A DNA stretch of 63,315 nucleotides, the filler included, from Folioceros fuciformis (Eukaryota): assembly GCA_049999805.1 (NCBI GenBank). It is 22 parts of 22 records of this genome, joined end to end, with 100 filler letters (N's around TTAATTAATTAA, not from the genome) between each part and the next. Parts side by side here need not be neighbours in the genome. Positions count along the whole stretch, not along the records: positions 24,045 to 25,150 come from JBNGIO010002608.1; positions 25,251 to 30,609 come from JBNGIO010002609.1; positions 30,710 to 32,373 come from JBNGIO010002610.1; positions 32,474 to 34,131 come from JBNGIO010002611.1; positions 34,232 to 37,062 come from JBNGIO010002612.1; 17 more parts are not named here. One strand, written 5' to 3'. Below, piece by piece: positions 23,945 to 37,162 of this stretch. The notes under the pieces were generated by a model. It was not told where the DNA came from. It saw only the letters and a program-made list of their open reading frames with translations, and ran no database searches. Position numbers and translations under genes: made by a program. How positions within the stretch are numbered: position 1 is the first letter of the stretch; every line of letters begins with the position of its first letter.

Positions 23945-24136
23945 NNNNNNNNNNNNNNNNNNNNNNNNNNNNNNNNNNNNNNNNNNNNTTAATTAATTAA
24001 NNNNNNNNNNNNNNNNNNNNNNNNNNNNNNNNNNNNNNNNNNNNGGACAGAAGAATCAGAACGAGGGTAACAAAATCTACATTACATTTCGACGGTTATA
24101 ACTAGCATTTTGGTTGATTTGCATCGATTTTGAAAC

Positions 24137-25150
24137 ATGGCGTCATCAGAAAACGTCATGTTCAATATCGAAAAGTTAGATGGTACTAACTTCTCGTTCT
24201 GGAAAGAACAAGTGTATAATGTTCTAGTACAAAAGAAACAGATCAAGCCCATCAAGTTGTTAGGAGTGAAACCTGTTAGCATGACTCAGGATGAGTGGCA
24301 GGATCTAGATGAGCTTGCTAGGTCTACCATCATGCTAACATTGTCTAAATCGGTTTACTTCAACGTGAAAGACAAGACCACAAGCTACGAGCTATGGCAG
24401 AAGTTGTGTGACCTATACGAGAAGCAAAGTGCGGCTTCTCAAGTGTACTGGTTGAAACAGCTGGTGGACTAGAAAATGAAGGAAGGGACGAGGATGTCCA
24501 ATCATCTGAACGAGTTCAACACCATTTTCAGCCAGCTCTCATCACAAGGTATCTTGCTCCCAGATTCCGTGAGAGCTATGTTTCTGTTGGTCACATTACC
24601 AGAGAGCTGGGACACCTTTCGTACAGCTCTTAGTAATTCCGCTCCTGCCAGTGGTCTTACCATTGTAAATGTAGAAGGTAGCCTGTTAACAGAGGAGGTG
24701 AACAGGAAGAATATGGAACCTTCGAAAGGTTCCAATGCCCTCATGGTGAGAGGAAGGTCCACTTCAAAGGGGAAGTACAAGGAGCGAAGTTCTTCCCGTA
24801 GTAAATCTCGTAATCGTAACAATGTTGAGTGTTACCATTGTCACAAGAAGGGGCACATCAGAAAGGACTGCGAGAAGTTCAAGAAGGACAAAGGAAAGGA
24901 GAAGAAGCAAAGTGACAACAAAGCAAGTCCGAGTACCAAGCCTAACGAGGTGAATTCTGTTGACGATGTAGATGTTCTTATCTCTTCTTCCTTCCATTTT
25001 GCACAACTGACAACCGTGGAGAGTCACTTATTCGCTAATTGGATAATTGACTATGGAGCATCTTTCCATGTTACTCCGCACAGGGAGTAGTTTAGCACGT
25101 ATAATGCTACTAGGAAAGGATGTGTTTGGCTTGGAAATAACTACGCATGC
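24137..25150 (+). pseudogene. Copia family A gag-protease
   Basis: IEKLDGTNFSFWK, UBN2-like LLVTLPESW, CYHCHKKGHIRKDC and WIIDYGASFH; in-frame stops at 24470 and 25088. Confidence 0.95.
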
Positions 25151-25250
25151 NNNNNNNNNNNNNNNNNNNNNNNNNNNNNNNNNNNNNNNNNNNNTTAATT
25201 AATTAANNNNNNNNNNNNNNNNNNNNNNNNNNNNNNNNNNNNNNNNNNNN

Positions 25251-26872
25251 GAGCTGGTTGCACTCTCTCCTCTTGTACAAGTGGAGGAACTTGTTCCTGC
25301 ATATCGCGATGTTCAACCTGCGTGGGACGGTCAAATCCATCTTCTTGAAAGACCACCCGTCGCACCTTTACAGTTGGAGTAGGCTTCTTGTGCATCTTGG
25401 TCTTATTGTAGAACACGTCATTGCTGCGAACCATCCTCTTGGCCTGTGGATCCCACAGACAGTATCCCATCTCACCAGATTCACCATAGCCAAGAAAAAT
25501 ACATTTCTTGGACTTGGGTGCCAACTTGTCCCGAAACTCCTTTGGAACATGGTAGTATGCCTTGCAACCAAACACTCGTAGATGCTTGTATGACGGCTTC
25601 TTTCCAGACCACATCTCCTCTGGAACCTGCTCATCCACAGCCCTATTAGGAGATCTGTTAACAAGATGCACCGCAGTAACCACTACTTCTCCCCAAAATC
25701 CGTTAGGCAATCCAGAGTTTGACAACAAACTACGCATCCTCTCCTGGATGGTCATGTTCATCCGTTCAGTTACACCATTCTGGGGAGGAGTATATGACGC
25801 AGTCAATTCTCTCTTGATTCCCTTGGAATCACAGAATGAATGAAAAGCCTTCGAGACATACTCTCCCCCATTGTCTGTCCTTAGACACTTCAGCCGGAGG
25901 CCAGACTGATTCTCCACAAGGGTGACGAATTTCTGAAACACTGTCAGAACATCATCCTTTTTCCTCAAAGGATAAATCCACACCTTGCGCGAGAAGTCAT
26001 CAATGAAAGTGACAAAATAAGATGCACCGCCTAACGATACAGTGGGCATAGGTCCACCAACTCAAGAGGTTTACTTTTGTGTTAACCTCTTGCTCCATGT
26101 GGTGACTTCCTCTGTTTCCCATACAGACAATGCTCACACGCGGAGAAATCAGAGAAGTCAAAAGCAGGGACGTAACCAAAACAGATAAGATCTTCATTCC
26201 TTTTTGAGACATATGTCCTAACCGACTATGCCACAAGGAAACACTTGGATGTTCCATTACACAAATCACATGATCCTTAACAGTGGTTACCTGAAGTGAG
26301 TACAAAGTGCCACACTTCGATCCACAAGCTAACACAAGAGAACCTTTGGAGATCTTCCAAGAACGATCTCCAAACCAACAATGGTAGCCAGCGTCATCCA
26401 ATTGCCCTGCGCTTATCATGCTTTTGGCCAACTTCGGAACATGCCTAACATCCTTCAGTATGAATGAAGATCCATTGTCGAACTTCAGCTGCACATTACC
26501 AATGCCTGCAATCTCGCATGCGTAGTTATTTCCAAGCCGAACACATCCTTTCCTAGTAGCATCATAAGTGCTAAACCACTCCATATGTGGAGTAGCCTGG
26601 AAAGATGTTCCAGAGTCAATTATCGAATTAGATAATAAGTGACTCTCCACAACTGTCAATTGTGCAGAATCGAAGGAAGAAGAGATAAGAAATCTCCATC
26701 GTCAATAGAGTTCACCTCATCATGCTTGTTACTCGGACTTGCCTTGTTGTCGCTCTGCTTCTTCTCCTTGCCTTTGTCCTTCTTGAACTTCTCGCAGTCC
26801 CTTCTGATGTGACCCTTCTTGTGACAATGGTAACACTCAACATTGTTACGACTACGAGACTTACTACGGGAA
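25251..26872 (-). pseudogene. Copia family A zinc knuckle-protease-integrase
   Basis: [34 protein letters not shown] and LWHSRLGH motifs. Confidence 0.95.
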
Positions 26873-27063
26873 CGACAAATACACCTACACTAGTATTTAT
26901 GTGAGTTTTCTATGCCCATAATTATAAGTTATCAATACCTCTGTAGTTTAGCAGATGAAGATGAGAGCATGGGAAACAACACAGTTATGAGTGTTTTTGC
27001 CTCGTAAGAAGTGTGAGGGGCACACACATTTAACCTATGGTAAGTGCCCCTAATAACTTGAAT

Positions 27064-27216
27064 TGTAGGGTTATTAAAGCCCAATGTGCCTAGACTTATG
27101 TGTTTAGTCTAAGATTAGTGTCTAGTTAAGTACCATTAGTTTAGTTTAGATTAGCTTAAGCTAATCTGTAGGAAGCTTCTTGCACAGCTTCTTGTGCGCT
27201 TCTTGTGAAGCTTCCT
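27064..27216 (+). mobile_element. Truncated family A LTR
   Basis: Matches the 5' half of 3430-3687. Confidence 0.88.
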
Positions 27217-28496
27217 TCTGTAAACCCTAACTACCTATACACAAAACTTACTAATAATTCATTCATCATTTTTCCTCTGCTTTTCCTACCCACTCTTTCC
27301 TTATTGAACCTCATAGGAAGTTCTTCGTAGGCACATCAATCACCTCAAAAGTAGGGGTATACGCACATCATCAAGTCCCCACACTTTTGTCAAATACCTG
27401 CAAGGGCATAAGAGACTTAGGGGTTAACAAGTTAGCTAGTCCACAAATACCTACTCAAAATGTTTATTGTACTACATCCATCTACCCCATCTAGCATCTT
27501 TCCTTTCCTTTTTAAAGTATATTCCAGATTTTCTCTCCATTTTCGAGATGACATCTGCTATTCATCAAATATGCCTGCATATAATTCCTGTAGCAATACA
27601 CACCTATAGTATGAATACCAGCATGGGAACAGTAGGCATACACACATGATGTGAGCAGGTCATCCAGGATTTTTAAAACTAAACATGGAGGCAAGAACAT
27701 CTTCAAGCATACATCTCCTTATGGGCACCAACTATAAATCCTAGCCCGTCCCCAAATATGAGCATGGACAGTCCCACTTAGGCCACATCCTCCTCCGCAT
27801 ATAGGCGCGTTTTGCATGAGGAGGCTGTGTTCACACACCCTTGAGGACATGGGCTGCAATTTCTCCCATATGGCTGCAAATTCCGAAGGGAGGAGGCACA
27901 ACTGTTTTTTTTTTTTTACACCCACATAATACATTCCAGCATTAGGATCTGCAAGGAAGGGCGCTCCAAGTGGATGCATTTCCAAGTAAAGACCAGTAGG
28001 CAGATTTCTCACATTGGCAACAAGTGTTGCCTCACATTGCTTTTGTGCAGGGCAATGATTTCTCTTCCACACCTTGCAATCCACCATAACAAGCAAGGGC
28101 ACCCCCAACGCGCCCTCCAATTCTCTAGCACAACATGGAGGCGAAGCCGCATGGCAGGGTGGGAGGCGTCCGCCATGGCCACCACCTTGGAGGCTGATGC
28201 GCGCCCCGCGCGTTTGAGGACGACGGACGGTGGCCAACCAATTGGCCTCCGCCCCCACTCATTAAGTTTTTGGAAAAGCCTAATTTACTACCTACCTAGT
28301 GTTTCATTTTGTAAATTCCATAAAATTGGCTTTATCCTATTTTCCTTTTTCAATAATTCCTTAATTTTGATTGCTTAAGTTATTTTTCTTATGCTTTCAA
28401 GTTAAGTTACTTAAGGGCTAACTCCTATAGTTTAGTCCATTTTGGCCCATTTTTAAGCCAGAAAATTTCTTTTTTTAAAATTCACCCTCATTTCAT

Positions 28497-28660
28497 AGTG
28501 AGTGGGAGTGATAAAATACACTTAGTTTAGGGCACTGTTCACTAGGGCACCTTTACTTAAACATTAATTTATTCATAGGGCACTAAGTAGTTTCCTTAGG
28601 TAGTTATTTAGGTGGTTAGTTGTTACATTGGTTATAACCACTTTACTGTTACAACCACTG
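28497..28660 (+). mobile_element. PPT plus start of a 3' LTR related to 62327-62595
   Basis: CATAGTGAGTGGGAG|TGATAAAATAC... aligns with 62312-62480. Confidence 0.7.
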
Positions 28661-30989
28661 TCGTGCTCCCAACATCAGCTGTTGTGAGCACTTCAGTTCA
28701 GTCCATCAGCTGCAAGGCTAATGTCTTGTAGCTGATGGAACTTCATCACGCGCCTTATCTTCAGCTACATCAACCAGGTTTTGCATCCGCCTTCTGCTTC
28801 CAGCTCTGTGTGAAGCCGAATGCCTTGGAGGCAGCAAGATCCAAACAACCAGCATGATTGCAATCGCGAGCTCTAACAGGTGAGTTGTGATCAGACTGTC
28901 TGCTCGTTTATTTTATGCAAGCCGTGAGCACATTACTGAAGACGGGCGCGCACCTCTACCAGACCTCGTGGATTACGTATCCAAACATTTTTTTTTGAGT
29001 TAGGTATGAGAGGGCGTATTGGATAATATTGTTTAGTTCATACCTAACTCTAGTTAAGAGTATCATTTGATTAATTAATTAGGGTTACTTTAGAAAAAAC
29101 GGTTACACTTCTTCTTTATGTACCTTTTGACTAATTCACAATGACATTCTCTTCTGCTCACGCGCTCCTCAGCGTCTGGTCCTTATGCTTCTGAATCTAT
29201 GATGTCCTTATGATGCTCATATCACAAACCTGGTAGAGAAGTGGGAGTTAGGGTTGTTCCAGTTTTCATGGAACTTCAAATGAATGGCAGAAGTATGAGA
29301 ATTTGCACACAACCTCTAGCCCTATAGAAAGGGGGTGACAAACTTTCACCAAAACCCCCCACAACCCGCTTCTGTGGACTATCCAAACGATGTGGGAGGT
29401 GTATTAGAGGCCAGCTATGGGAGTGAGGAGGGTTGTACCTCAACTCTTAGCGTAGCAAAACCTTGGTCAAGGAAGCGGCCAAGGCTTTTCTATCTAACGG
29501 AGATTTCAAGACCACCAACTCTCACTCATCCACGACATCAAGGACTTGGGCATTCGGAGAAGGCCATGCTAATTGTAAATTAGTTGTTGGTCACCAAGGC
29601 AAACCATGTGGCGAATGGAATCATGATGCTTCTCTATGGATTGGCACAAAGGTCCCCTCTAAATTGGGGAAAAGTTGTGGCCCATTGGATTTAGTTTGAT
29701 GTTAGAAGGCTTAGGCAGGAGAAACCGTCCACCTCAAGTCTTTCTCTCTTCCTCTTCCATATTGGGGGCCATTACAAGGCCTTAATAAAAGTAGAAAAGC
29801 TCACAATGGCCTCGATAATCCCCTAGGCTCAAGTCCTACCAGCTCCAACATTAGCCCCGACCCTAGTAGCAAGGAAGAAGACCCCTGATCCAACCACTCA
29901 ATTAGTGGCCCTACCCACAAATCCAATCGCACTACCGATCATCGACAACACGGAGGAAGAGGTCACCAATAGGGCTCACCAAGAGGAGTCTACTCTAAAG
30001 GCACATGCCTTTGCCTCTAGTGCTCCAGTCAACCCACCCCAAGCTCAAAAGCACAAGGCCTAGGGTCCTCCAATAGCAGAAACATATGCATGTGCCTAAG
30101 AGGAGTACTCATCAAGCAGGCGTCACTCCAAAGCGGATCCCCATACAGAGTGCTCCACCCCCTCCTCGTTTGAAACTAGACGACATGTTGGTGATCGGAC
30201 CTTGGCCCCAGGCAGTGCCAATGACCAAGGAGCAGGCAAAGCAAGCTGAACTAGTCCGGCTAGCCACCCAACTGGACTATAACGAGAAGCACGACATCTG
30301 TCTGTCAGGGATGAAGTGGCCACTGTCACCTCATGGGTGGAAAAAAGGGAGAGGACCTCGTTCACGCAATCCACCTCCCATCGGAGCGGTACCCGCTCCA
30401 GCTTTGTGGCTAGTGGATGCACCGCGGGACCGACAAAAGCACTTGCCTCGGTCAATGGTCATGAAGCACCTTATCAATAGGGGCATGGCCATGTGGAGGG
30501 CCATGTGGACCTCGTTTGGAAAAGCTTGGCTGCCTCCCAACTACTAGTTATGCACCTGAGCTACTTCGAAGGGAGCCATGCATTCAGCCCACGGAGTAAT
30601 CACCATAGGNNNNNNNNNNNNNNNNNNNNNNNNNNNNNNNNNNNNNNNNNNNNTTAATTAATTAANNNNNNNNNNNNNNNNNNNNNNNNNNNNNNNNNNN
30701 NNNNNNNNNAAGGAGAGAAAGCAGGCAGGGCATAAAAACCCTAGAGAAAGGGGAGCTCTGTCTAGCATCCGAAAGCGCGGGGAGCGGGAGTAACTTGAAG
30801 CGTGAAGCGGCTGAAGGAGGAGAAAGCGCCAGGACGATGGGGCAGACGACGCAGGGCGTGAGGGTTGAGCAGGCACAAGGGAGTGGGAGACCTCCAAGGC
30901 GCGAGCGGTGGAGAGAGCTGGGCAAACAGAGGAAGAGCCAGAGCGCGACCAGGACATAAGAGTTCCGAGCCCGAGCGTGAGGGGAGGAG

Positions 30990-32373
30990 GACAGGCAGGA
31001 TGAGGTCGCAGCCTGAACTGATCCCTAGAGCAGTAGCCTCTAGACAGGAGGGGGGACCTCCTGTCCCCCGAATCGACCTACTCCTGTGGCCCAATATGGA
31101 GCACTAGAGGGTCAGGGCAGGAAAGTTGGTGGCAGAGCTGGGTCTGAACTTTATGACCCAGAAGTGGAACCATGCAGCACCCCAGCTTGTCAGGGAGTGC
31201 GTCCTGAGGCTGATAGAGCCTGTACGCGAGGAGGGGGATCAGAGGCAGACCCCAAGAATGGAACCTGGAGTTGATCAGGAGGGTCTACGGGCGCGACCAA
31301 CAGGAGGAAGGGGGACTGGTGCTAGAGTCCCTGAAGAAGCGTGGCAGAACGGGAGCCGCGGAAACGCTGCTCAAGGCAGACACGAGAAAGGAAGCGAACG
31401 GGTGGCTGGTGCGCGATATGGCAAGTCCCAAGCTGTTGGGGGATTGGCCAGGTGGTTCCTGAGCTTCTTCCAGGTACGCAAACAGGATTATCTGTCCGAC
31501 CAGATGCTCTTGTTTGTGCATGAAGTAGTGAAGGGCACCAGGATCGACTGGGTGAGGATTTTATACGCCCGGATGGATGAGGAGAGGCAGAACCTGATCC
31601 AACGCACCCCTGAACCTTCTATGATTTCCCCGTTTCTAATCCATGTGTACAGTTACGCTAACCTGGTCACTGAGCTAGAAATGCTGGCCTCGTTGCACCT
31701 GTGGAAGCCAGTTCGCGATGTGAAGTGGAAGCTCACTGAGCCAGCAAGGGTTGCCTCTAGCAGTTGGGAAGCTGACAGTGGGAATAGCTCGCAGGAGGAA
31801 ACCCCAGTCAAGCCCAGGAAGAGGATGGCGCCACAAAAGAAGACTCCTGCCAAAAAGAAAAGGACCAGAGGACAAAGTGTGAGCATGGGGGCTGATCAGG
31901 AGGAAGGGGGGACAGCCCTAGAGCAGACGGGCCAGTAGGAGGCAGAACGAGAACCAGCTGTCCAGGGAATCAAGGACCGAAGGAGCAAGGTCAGGATGAG
32001 ACAAGACCCGAGGAGCCACAGGATCAGGTGATGGCAGCCGACACAGTTTCCTCCAGACTGGAGGATAAGTTAGGGCACGTTTCAACATAGGAGGTTTTCT
32101 CAAGGTGGAAGGATATTTTCAGGTGCACGCCTCAGAGAGACAAGTTGCAGGTGGGGGACCTAGACAAGTTGCGAGAATTCCTGGGCAGACAAATCACGGC
32201 GAGAGGAATGGGCACCGGAGGGGTGCAGGAGGTGGACCTACCCGGGCTGACTGTTGCGATGGTGCAAGCCCAAGCAGACCTCCTGGATCAGGCTGCTAGG
32301 GCCCTGACCTGGTTGAGTGTACAAGTGGAGCGAGAGGCCGAGGCTCGGGGAAAGGAGGAGAAGGCTCGTGAGC
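30990..32373 (+). pseudogene. Retroelement accessory ORF of unknown function (frameshifted), copy 1
   Basis: EANGWLVRD, RIDWVRILYARM and ISPFLIHVY, followed by an NLS-like basic tract and a coiled coil; homologous to 32907-33835. Confidence 0.6.
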
Positions 32374-32906
32374 NNNNNNNNNNNNNNNNNNNNNNNNNNN
32401 NNNNNNNNNNNNNNNNNTTAATTAATTAANNNNNNNNNNNNNNNNNNNNNNNNNNNNNNNNNNNNNNNNNNNNTCTTACCACTAATTAGTACAAACTCAA
32501 TAAGCTGGATTAGCACTAATTAATCTCAACATTAATCATGCTTAACACTTGGTCCTTGGGTCTTGGTGTTTGAATAAACTCTAGGAAGCCTATATAAGGA
32601 CTCCTTCCCCCTACAGTTATAGAATAAGAAGGAACCCGCAAGGAGAAGAGGGTCGTGGACTTAGGCTAGAAAATAAGGAAGTTGTAACTTAGCAACAGTT
32701 GGGGAAGGCAAACCACTGTCATGGAAAGGGGAAACCGGTAGTGGAGCCCTATCGAGTAGTGGAATCGAAGCGGCCAAAGTAGCGGGAAACCCTAAGAAGG
32801 GACTTGGAGAGTCCAGTTGTAATTTGAAGAGGAGCGCAACCGCGGTGGAAGCAGTGTCGGGGAGCGGAAGTGGCGGTTTAGGGTTTACCTAAACCCTAAA
32901 CCCTAC

Positions 32907-33835
32907 CTTGGTGCAAGAGTGCGCGCACCGGCTACGGAATCGGACAAAAGGGGAAGGGACCAAAGGGAGGCCCCAAGACTGGGATGTCGAACTGGACAGT
33001 GTATGGGCGCAGTTAGGAGAAGCTAGGGGGCTCGTGATCGAGTCCCTAAGAAAGCGCAGCACCACGGCAACAACAGCAGCACTGTTCAAAGCAGGAATAG
33101 GAAGGGAAGCTAACGGCTGGTTGGCATGAGAGATGGCGACTGCCCAGCTCATGGGACTGGCCAAATGGCAATTGTGTTTTTTGCATAACAGAAAATAAGA
33201 TTACTTGTCGACCACATGCTGCTGTTCCTGCACGAGGTGGTCAAGGGGAGCAGGATCGACTAGGGGAAGATTATGTATGATCGACTAAATGAGGAGAGGC
33301 AGAACTTGACTTCCCCCACTCCCCGCCCGTCGTTGATCTCACCTTTCCTAGTTCATTTATATTGTCATGCTAACAGTCTGCCAGAGATAGAGGTCGTTGC
33401 CTCCCTGCAAATGTGCAAGCCAGTTCGGGAGGTCAAGTGGAAGCCGGAGGAGCCGAAGTCCAGTAGCTGGGAGTCTGGGGCCACGGGGAGCTTAGAGGAG
33501 GCGACGATGGCCAGCAGGAAGAGGAAGGAAGGAGCCGAGCGGAAGACCCCCGCAAAGAAAAAGAAGGTTGGTGGGCGCACCACCAAAGCAGCAAGGGATT
33601 CGGTGCTGCAGGAGGTCACCTAGAAGGTATGCGACAGGCAACCGACTGAACCTCAGGAAACGGCGCCAGAGAAAGGAGCGAGATCGGATGAGGTGGCAGG
33701 AAAGTTAGGGCTCGCTCCAGAGGAAGAACCCTTTCCGGGATGGGAAGAGATTTTCAGGGTCATTTCTTTAGTGGCCAGGGTGCGCACGCTGTTGGGGAGG
33801 CGGATTTTGGATAGAGGAATGGCTACTAGAGGCGC
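32907..33835 (+). pseudogene. Retroelement accessory ORF, copy 2
   Basis: EANGWLA*, RID*GKIMYDRLNEERQNL, ISPFLVHLY and KTPAKKKK shared with copy 1. Confidence 0.6.
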
Positions 33836-33839
33836 ACCC

Positions 33840-34131
33840 TGTGAACCTCCAAAGTTTGGGGTAGGAGTTTGTTTTGGGTGAAAAAGGGTTAATAGTGGTA
33901 TGGTTTGGTTTTCTTTTTCAACTTATTTTTCCTAATTTTTCTTTATTTTATGGTCATTTTTCCTATTTTTCTTTGTGCTAATTGGGTTAATTGACCAGGA
34001 AATAGTGGGTTCGGTTATAAGAGTGGGTATAGGTTTGGTTCCAGAGCTGGGAAGGTTTAGGTTCGGTACCAGGCCATAGGGTTGGGTGATTAGTTTAATA
34101 TTAATTAAAGATATATAATACTAAATGATTA
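33840..34131 (+). mobile_element. LTR terminus (TGTGAACC...)
   Basis: An inverted copy at 59055-59279 has the same TG boundary and different flanks. Confidence 0.75.
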
Positions 34132-35046
34132 NNNNNNNNNNNNNNNNNNNNNNNNNNNNNNNNNNNNNNNNNNNNTTAATTAATTAANNNNNNNNNNNNN
34201 NNNNNNNNNNNNNNNNNNNNNNNNNNNNNNNTAAGGGGCCAGGCCACTCATTGAGCGGGAGGTTTTTTTTGGTGAGATCTCCCTTGACCCTGTGTATAGG
34301 CTGTTGGGTTGGAGGTTTGACCCAGTGTGCAGATGTGCCTCGGCCTTGATTCCCCATGCTACTAGGGGAACGTGGCGGCTCCCAAAATCGCCGAGATCTC
34401 GGTGGCCATATCCACAGGGGCTGACCTTTCTTGCATGCTAGTTGGGTGGTTGGGGTACCTTGATGTCCCTAAGGGGTTTCCAAGGCGACGGATTGCAGGG
34501 CTATGAGCCAAGGGGGCCATCCAGCCTGGGTCTACACATCCCTGCCTCAAGGACTGCAAGTGAGGGGCTGCTGTGTTTCAAAATCTAGGAGTGAGACGTG
34601 ATGGTGAAGGATTGAAGAGTTGGAGTGCTAGAGTAGAGGTTTGAAGTGCTGGAGAAGTGCTAGGGTAGAGACTTGAAGTGCTGGAGTACAAAGTTGTTGT
34701 GCTGAGGTGAGGAGCTTGGGTGCTGAAGCTCTCAATCAGCTGCTGAGGTTGTTGGCATTTGCGGCTGAGAGTGGAGGTTGAGGCTAGGGCTGGAACCTCC
34801 TCTCAGCTGCTGAGGCGGCTAATACCCGGAGCTAGGAGTGGGGGTTGAAGATGATGCTGAGTCCTCATTCAACTGGGGTGTAGTTAGTGTGGAAGACAGG
34901 GTTCTGATCTTTTTGCTGTAGTGTGGTTAGGTCTAGGAGCCGGCTGATAGATAGGATTAGATTAGGGCAGAGTGGGGGAAATTGTAGGAAACCTTAACAC
35001 TCCCTTGGGAGCGAATCCTAGTACTACGACGATAACAAGGGGGAAG

Positions 35047-35263
35047 TGTGGCCCTTGGTGGTTCTTGGATGCAAGTTCTACCCCACAAGTACAAAGGGGG
35101 CACGAAGGAGACCAGCACACAAGAGCATTCGAAAAATAGAATTAAAGAGTGAATGATAACATAAGAGTAAATGTATTTATACCAAACCCTAACTAGGTAG
35201 GTTATCTATCCACGCATACTCCTAGGTTACATACATAACGAAACGTTATTCCAACACTCCCAC
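35047..35263 (-). mobile_element. PPT plus about 210-bp LTR
   Basis: GTGGGAG|TGTTGG...GCCACA on the minus strand, with TATAAATA near 35175. Confidence 0.6.
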
Positions 35264-35402
35264 ATAACGTAGGCAGTGTGCATCATCTAATAATGCAAAA
35301 GTCGAGCTACGTCCTCCTTGTTATCACACATACACTCATTAGCTAAAACCCTCACTATTACTCGTAGGAATTCGAAGCGGCAATTGTGGCACCATGTCTC
35401 AG

Positions 35403-37062
35403 TGTGGTGGCAAAACCCCGGGCACTGTTTGCCAACGGGTTCAACCTTTAGCGGCCACACTTATCCCACTATCGTTGAGACATAGGGTTTCGTTCCCACG
35501 AAGGAGCGATGGGGTTCCTAGCTGCTGTGGATGGAGGGTTGGACTGAATCGACTTGATGATGGATTCGAGGGCTCCCCTCCAGCTCCGATCAGGCGTAGG
35601 ATAGGCCTCGCTATCCAGCAGTCAGCTGCACCTCTCTCAGTGCCCACAAACTCACTCCAGTCACTACAACGACCCTATCCTCTTAGATCTACGACTTCCC
35701 TCACTCACTTCACTCACTCTCTCGCTCCATCACCAACACCAGCAACTAACAACGACACCACTACCTTCTACACTTCCCTACTGACTCCTCCTACCCGGCA
35801 AGAGTCACTAGACTAACCCCAAAGAAAAGAAAGAAGGGAACATACTCCCCTCTCAGATATCTCCTCCCCACAACTTACCAGACGCCATGAAACATGGCCG
35901 GCCTACAGCACTTGTCCAAACAGGGAACAAGAGTGGACAAGTCGAGGGAAAGACACATCCTTTACAATCAAGAGCTAGGGGAAGCCCCTTCACCCTAGTC
36001 ATTACACCTTGTGATCCTACCAGACACTATACAACCGGCAACACGCTGCCCGCGATCCTACCAAACACTGTACAGCCGGCAACACGCTGCCTGCGATCCT
36101 ACCAGACATTGTATAGCCGGCAACACGCGGAAGCTGCGATCCCACCAAACGTTGCACAGCCGGCAACACACTGCAGGTCCTAAACCAACCAGGGACAAAC
36201 CACAAGAGCTCATGAAGAGAGTACCTCGAAGAGCTCATGAAGAGAGTACCTCCAAGAGCTCACGAAGTGACAGACTGACTCCCAAAGTGAATGACTACCT
36301 CCTCCTACAGGCTCACCTGATCTTATAGGAGCCTCTCTCTCTCTCTGACTTCACCTCTCTCTAACTTGATAAATATTATTTTAATAGGACCACTAGCCTA
36401 GCTTGCTGTCACCAGCCACTTATTTAGACTTCTAGCACATCCTCCCACCAATGAGCTGGCCCTTCCACCAAAAGGATCTACCACCTCTTAGACTATCCTG
36501 AGACTTCGGAGGATATATGATCTTCAAAGATCTGCGGACGCCGCCTCTTCCTTGCTAGATGGCCGCTCGCTAAGTCTTTCCCTACAATTGTTCACCCTTG
36601 GTGGCTGAGCCAGCCTCCACGGGAGGAGTATGAGTAGTGGGAAAGATAGAGAGGAAGTGGGAAGCAATGGGATCAGCAGCCGGAACCTGGCCTGAAAACG
36701 GTAGCTTATTCAGCGGAATCAGCTTCTAGACGAAATGGTTCCTTGGCCATAGAAGACTGACCCTGGGGTGCTAGAATAGGCCCCAAACTAGGAGGAAAAG
36801 AAAGCAGGTGAAACAGAGTTGAATTGGAATTTCTGGAATTAAATCCAGAAAAATAGGGGTGAAAATAGAAAAGGAAAAATTAGGAAAATAAAAAGAAAAG
36901 AAATATGGAGAAATGCATACGTTATACGTATCAATACATATTAAATAAGTATCTAAACCATATAAAATATAGAGAAAAAGGGGGGGATGTTATACGTATA
37001 CAGACCCTATACGGTCCCTATAACATTAAACTAGGGGACTAAGAACAAGGGAGGGAGGAAGC
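35403..37062. mobile_element. Longest piece of family L LTR (over 1.6 kb)
   Basis: TGTGG terminus shared with 16640 and 49934; contains 4 x 41-bp repeats (36010-36174) and a 24-bp duplication (36204-36260). Confidence 0.8.
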
Positions 37063-37162
37063 NNNNNNNNNNNNNNNNNNNNNNNNNNNNNNNNNNNNNN
37101 NNNNNNTTAATTAATTAANNNNNNNNNNNNNNNNNNNNNNNNNNNNNNNNNNNNNNNNNNNN

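Noticed and set aside
24470-24472. Programmed readthrough TAG in gag
   Set aside because: It lies mid-gag rather than at a gag-pol boundary, and the copy has another stop, so it is simple decay.
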